This document shows positions 58,601-64,000 of a stretch of 64,000 nucleotides of DNA, in pieces. Source of the stretch: Scyliorhinus canicula (Eukaryota). The stretch lies in contig NW_024055956.1 of the NCBI RefSeq assembly GCF_902713615.1, positions 1 through 64,000 on the forward strand, read 5' to 3'. Every line of letters begins with the position of its first letter. Position 1 is the stretch's first letter. The notes under the pieces are model-generated. The model made no database searches. It saw only the letters and a list, made by a program, of their open reading frames with translations, and was not told the origin of the DNA. The translations under genes were made by a program, and so were the position numbers.

Positions 58601-60755
58601 TGTGTGTCCAAGTCGGGAATGGCCCCAAACACCTTCCTCGCAAATCCCGCATTGTCCTAGTTGGGACCGTATACACTTAACAGCGCCACTAACCGCCCCT
58701 CCAGCGCCCCTGTCACAATCACATATGTACCCCCCTTATCTGCCACCACCTTCTCCAGCTGGAAGCGTACCCTTTTGCTGACCAACACCGCTACCCCTCG
58801 AGCCCTTCCATCAAATCCAGAGTGAAACACCTGACTAATCCAGCCCTTTTTAAGTCTCACCTGAGCCTTCAGAATCAAGTGTGTCTCCTGCAGCATTGCC
58901 ACATCGGCTTTCAAACTTTTAAGATGCACAAGCACCCTTGACCGGATCTCCTAATCCCCTCATGTTCCACGTGTCTATCCTTACTGGGGGTCTCTCAACG
59001 CCCCCCCCCCCCCCCACTTCTTAACCACCATCACCATACCACCGGGCCCTGCCCCATGAGCATGACCCGCCCTATCCATTATTAACATCGAATGCCTTCC
59101 CCCCCCCTCCCAAACCCCCCCAACATTTCCTCTCAAAAAAACATCTCGCAGCATCAATCCCTCCCCCGCTCGCCTCGTAGGCCCATCGAAACCTGCCAAC
59201 CAGGCTCCAATGTCCGCAGCCCTCCTCTCACCTCCGATCACCAGCCGACTTTCGTTAGCTAGCGCGGGGATATATCGTCCCCTCCCACCCAGTCCCAGAG
59301 CAAGAAAAAACAAAACCAACGAGCCAACCCATACAATTCACTAAAATAAGATATAACCGTCGCAACACAGAATGCCAAACAACTCAACCAATAACTTGAA
59401 CTCTGCAACAATGTGAAGAGAAGTAAATTACAATACACTTCAGTGAAATGAAAGTTATAGCATTTATACATTTTCCAGCTCCCCAATCACAGTCCACAGT
59501 CTCTCTTCCAGCTCTCCTCTTCACGTCTGTCCCAAGCCTTCTACCCTCACGAACGCCTCAGCCGCCTCTGCTGTCTCAAAATAAAAGTCTTTGGCATCAT
59601 ACGTCACCCTCAGCTTCGCCGGGTACACCATACCAAATTGCACTCCCTTTTTGTACAGTGCTGCCTTCACTCGCCTGAACGCCGCTGGTATTTTTGTTGG
59701 CCTTGGACCCTCTGTCCCTTCGGGCAGGCCCACAATTCTCAGACTGTGCCGTTTCCAGCGGTTCTCCAAGTCCTCGAGCTTTGCTTGGAGTCCTCTGTTG
59801 ACCTCCACCACCCTCCGCAGCTCGTCCCCCATCGACGTGAACTGGTCGCTGTGCTGCGACAGGGCCTCCTCCACTTCCTTCATCTTCTTGCCCTGCTCTC
59901 TCACCTCGGCCAATGCCTTTGCCACAGCCACCCTCACCGGGGCGATTACATCCTCCACCAATGACTTCAACGCCATGTCCTTCCTCAAAGCCTCCATGTG
60001 CCTCACAAATAGCTTTTCCAGCTCCACCGCCATCACCTCGGTCATCTTCTGCACCATAAGTAGTGCGGCCCCACCATGTTGTCCGGCCTCCGCCATCTTG
60101 TTCGCACTTTTGCTCGTCTTCTCATTCAACGGTGAGCCACCCTTCCTCAACGCTGCTTTTCGCATCCTTTAACAGATTATTTTTCCTTTTTTTTCCACCC
60201 TTCTTTCTTTCTTCACTCCTCTTTTTTTTTTAAATAGAAAAAACATAAAATTTTTCTTCTTTCAAAAAAACAGGGGAAAAAAAAACTTTTACCACATTTC
60301 TTTAAAACTTTTTTCTCTTCTTTTTTGTATTTCTCCAGAATTTCCCTGGGACCGGGCTTCAGTCTTGTTTCCATATTCGAGGCGGGAGCGATCCGATGTG
60401 GGAAATCTCACCTACATTACACCCTGGCTTCGGGCCTGCCGCCTCGGCCCCCCTTTGGCTCCGCCCCGCTGCTCCTTTCAAATTTTCAGGTCTGGCTTTC
60501 AGGTTGTCCCACTCCTCCTCCACATGCAGCCGCTCTGCCGAACCCACCAGGACCAGTCTCTTCCCCCCTCACCCTTCCAACCCGCCGGCTTCGTGAAACG
60601 GAGCTTTGACGCTTGGGCGAGGGAGGCACGGCCGCCCTGGAGAAGTTTAATTTTTTTTTAAACAGCGGGAAGCCCCCCGAAAAAGACCGCGATATCGTGG
60701 ACCGGCAGGAGCTTCTCCTCAACGCAGCCGCTCCACTGACAAACGCCACCGGAAG
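55666..60755 (-). mobile_element. Near full-length but decayed L1-clade LINE (5'UTR, internally deleted ORF1, fragmented ORF2)
   Basis: 5' end CTTCCGGTGGCG. ORF1 59521-60165 (LEDLENRWKRHSLRIVGLPEG, YPAKLRV). ORF2 pieces run from TWNMRGL (~58970) to HIQMFWSCP (~56280). Short TSD candidate ACAATTT. Confidence 0.9.
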
Positions 60756-60886
60756 ACAATTTATTTGACTTTTAGCCAGAATATTAGCCCCTGTAATTGG
60801 GCTGGAGTTTGTTATCAGCAGAAAGAGACCCAAATGAACATGGTTCAGTCCTGAATGTGAGGAACAGCAAAATCCAATCACGGTGA

Positions 60887-62008
60887 TTACTTGTGGCCTC
60901 GTTGGTGTCTCAGCAGGTTGGGTGAAGTGGTGAATCGCTTCCCACACTGTGAGCAGGTGAATGGCCTCTCCCCAGTGTGAACTCGCTGGTGTGTGAACAG
61001 AGCGAATGACTGCGTGAATCCCTTCCCACACTTGGAGCAGGTGAACGGTCTCTCCCCAGTGTGAACTCGCTGGTGTGTGGACAGGGCGGATGATTGAGTG
61101 AATCCCTTCCCACACTCGGCACAGGTGAATGGCGTCTCCCCAGTGTGAATTCTCTGGTGTGTGGACAGATTGGATGACTGAGTGAATCCCTTCCCACACT
61201 CGGCACAGGTGAATGGCCTCTCCTCAGTGTGAATTCGCTGATGTACAGTGAGGTCACATGATCGTCTGAACCCAGTCCCGCAGTAAGAGCACCTAAACGG
61301 TCTCTCGTCGGTGTGAACACCTTGATGGTTCATCAGATTCCCTGAACTTTTATAGCGCTTCCCACAGTCTGGACATTGAAACGGTCTCTCATCAGTGTGA
61401 ACTCACTGGTGACTCAGCAGGTGGGCTGAAATAGTAAATCCCTTCCCACACTCTGAGCAGGTGAATGGCCTTTCCCCAGTGTGAATTCGCTGGTGGTTCC
61501 GTAGGGCCGATGAATCACTGAATCCTTTCTCACACTCTGAGCAGGTGAATGGTCTCTCCCCAGTGTGAACACGCTGGTGCCTGGACACAGCGGATGACTC
61601 AGTGAATCCCTTCCCACACTTGGGGCAGGTGAATGGTCTCTCCCCAGTGTGAACTCGCTGGTGACTAAGCAGGGCGGATGACTTAATGAATCCCTTCCCA
61701 CACTTGGAGCAGGTGAATGGCCTCTCCCCAGTGTGAACTCGCTGGTGTATGGACAGAGTGGATGACTGAGTAAATCCCTTCCCACACTTGGAGCAGGTGA
61801 ATGGTCTCTCCCCAGTGTGACTGCGCCGATGAGTTTCCAGCTGGGATGGGGAAGTGAATCCTTTCCCACAGTCCGCACATTTCCACGGTTTCCCCTCCGT
61901 GTGACTGCATTTGTGGCTTGTGAGGCCTGATGATTGACTGAATCCTTGTCCACACACACAACACGTATACGGTTTCTCCCCACTGTGAACAATGCTTTTT
62001 CCTTCCAT
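60887..62008 (-). pseudogene. C2H2 zinc-finger gene, 13 fingers, with one in-frame TGA in finger 7
   Basis: Acceptor at 62117, ATG at 62008 ([16 protein letters not shown]). HQ*VH at 61403-61405; the same frame continues to TAA at 60887. AATAAA at 60760-60765. Confidence 0.85.
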
Positions 62009-62409
62009 GTTCAAAGTACAATGATATTCAGGATATGATAAATTGAGGGCTCTGTCAGATCCTGATGTGATGCTCGGTTTGAGTTTCCGGACTTTGAATC
62101 CTCCCCTTCGAACACCCTGTGAAATGGATTCAAAACAGAAAATAGGGAATGAGAAAGAACCCACAAAAACACAAAGGCAGGTTGTGAAATTGAGCTGAAT
62201 GAATCTGGTCATTTGTGGGGCCGGCACTGGGAAAAAGTGACCATGAAAATTGCTGGATTGTCAAAAAAACCCAACTGGCCTCTTTGGGAGGAGAGAGAAA
62301 GAGGCGAAGAGGGATTTTGTATATCTACAAGTCACAGTAATGAGAATGGATGGCAAAGCAAATTCTACCTTGAGCTTCATAAACAGTAATATTGATACCA
62401 AAACTATGC

Positions 62410-63045
62410 TTCTGGCGGCAATGATTAGCACTGCTACCTCACAGCGCCAGGGACCTGGGTTCAATTCCGGCTTGGGTCACTGTCTGTGTGGAGTCTGCAC
62501 ATCCTCCCCATGTGTGCGTGGGTTTCCTCCGGGTGCTCCGGTTTCCTCCCACAGTCTAAAGATGTGTAGGTTAGGTGGATTGGCCATGATAAATTGCCCT
62601 TACTGTCCAAAATTGCCCTAAGTGTTGGGTGGGGCTACTGGGTTATGGGGATAGGGTGGAGTTGTTGACCCTGGGTAGGGTGCTCTTTCCAAGAGCCGGT
62701 GCAGACTCGATGGGCTGAATGGCTTCCTTCTGCACTGTAAATTCTATGATTCACAGGCCTTGGTGACTGTGTGGAGTTTGCACTTTCTCCCCGTGTCTGC
62801 GTGGGTTTCCACCCGGTGCTCAGGTTTCCTCCAACAGCCCAAAGAAGGGAAAGTTAGGTGGATTGACCTTGATAAATTGCCCCTTAGTGTCCAGGGATGT
62901 GCAGGTTAGGTGGAGCTATGGGGTGGCAGGAACAGGGTAGGGGTGTGGGCCGAGGCAGGGTGCCCTTTCAGAGAATCAGTGCAGACTCGATGGGCTGAAT
63001 GGCCTCCTTCTGCACTGTAGGAATTCTATGGTTCTAATTCTATTC
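62410..63045 (+). mobile_element. Two tandem HE1-like SINEs
   Basis: Repeated core; both end …TCGATGGGCTGAATGGC.TCCTTCTGCACTGTA. Confidence 0.87.
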
Positions 63046-63910
63046 TATGAATCTTTATAAAGCTCTGGTCACCACTCTTCAGGAAGAATGTGAAGGTTCT
63101 TGGAGAAGATGCAGAGGAGATTTACCAGAATGGTTCCAGCAAAGGAGGTTGAGGGGAGATTTGATTCAGGGACACAAGATTATGCCAGATTTCCATCAGG
63201 TGGACAAAGAAACTTTGTTTCCATTCACTGATCGTACAAGCAGTCGGGACACAGATTTAAAGTTTTGGGTAAAGCCTGGATTGAACGATACACGATCCTG
63301 AGGGGTTTTGACAGGGTGGATGTGGAGAGGATGCTTCCTCTTGTGGGAGAATCTACAACAAGGGCATCACTGTTGGAAAATAAAGAGTCACCCATTTCAG
63401 ATGGAGATGAGGATTTTTTATTCTCTTGAGGGTTGTAAGACTTTGGAACTCACGTCCTTAAAAGGCAGCGGAAGCAGAGCCCTTGAATATTTTTAACGCA
63501 GAGCTGGATAGATTCTTGATGAGCAAGGGGGTGAAAGGTTATCAGGGGTAGGCAGGAATGTGGCATTGAAGTTGGAATGCGATCAGCCACAATCCAACTG
63601 AATGCTGAGCAGGCTCGAGGGGCCGAGTGGCCTGCTCCTAGTTTGTATGTAAAAGGTACAGGAGATATGAGGTGATATGAGATATGTTTTTACACAGCGA
63701 GCGGCAATGGCCTGAAACTTGCTGCCTATGAGGGAGTTTGAAAATTGACACAATGAATCATTTGATTTCAAAAGGAAATTGGATTTGAGGGAAATAAACC
63801 TGCGAGGATACAGGGAGAGAGCAGGAGAATGGGACTGACTGGATTGCTCCAGAGAGCTAGCATGGACTCAATGGACCGAATGCCATTCTCTGTGCCATCA
63901 TGTCTCTGAC
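63046..63910 (+). mobile_element. CR1 3' remnants (two tails)
   Basis: RLRGDLIQGHKIM; GGGGCCGAGTGGCCTGCTCC and ATGGACCGAATG tails. Confidence 0.72.
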
Positions 63911-64000
63911 TCGTTTGTGTAATCTATTTTTGTAATTTAACCCCGGAGGGGTCAGATATCACTCAGGTAAATCTGTGCTACACTCCCTCCGAGGCCATTC

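Overview
Vertebrate genomic DNA from a cartilaginous fish (shark-type repeats and Ig organisation; a catshark-like species is my inference). The core is a complete, germline (unrearranged), apparently intact IgM heavy-chain mini-locus on the + strand: leader (17465) - VH - D1 - D2 - JH (ends 19183) - ~13.9 kb intron - Cmu1-4 with secretory tail (33046-37165) - TM1/TM2 (40818-41095). The RSS arrangement is the classic shark V(23)-(12)D1(22)-(12)D2(12)-(23)J, and all splice sites and phases are compatible. Downstream is a C2H2 zinc-finger cluster (one + strand gene, one - strand gene with an in-frame TGA, two remnants) and a variant tRNA-Arg(ACG). The rest is CR1, L2-like, RTE and L1-clade LINEs (one very young L1 with an open ORF2 and a perfect TSD), tRNA-derived SINEs and tandem repeats. 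The most notable unexplained structure is in the JH-Cmu intron: a ~2.6 kb G-rich, AGCT-containing 39-bp array (GAGCTGGGG) just upstream of Cmu1 that resembles a tetrapod class-switch (S) region. It is preceded by an opposite-polarity C-rich array, a 65-bp E-box array and two Penelope-like insertions carrying hammerhead-ribozyme cores. Repeat boundaries were read by eye and are approximate. Ig exon and RSS coordinates were counted base by base.
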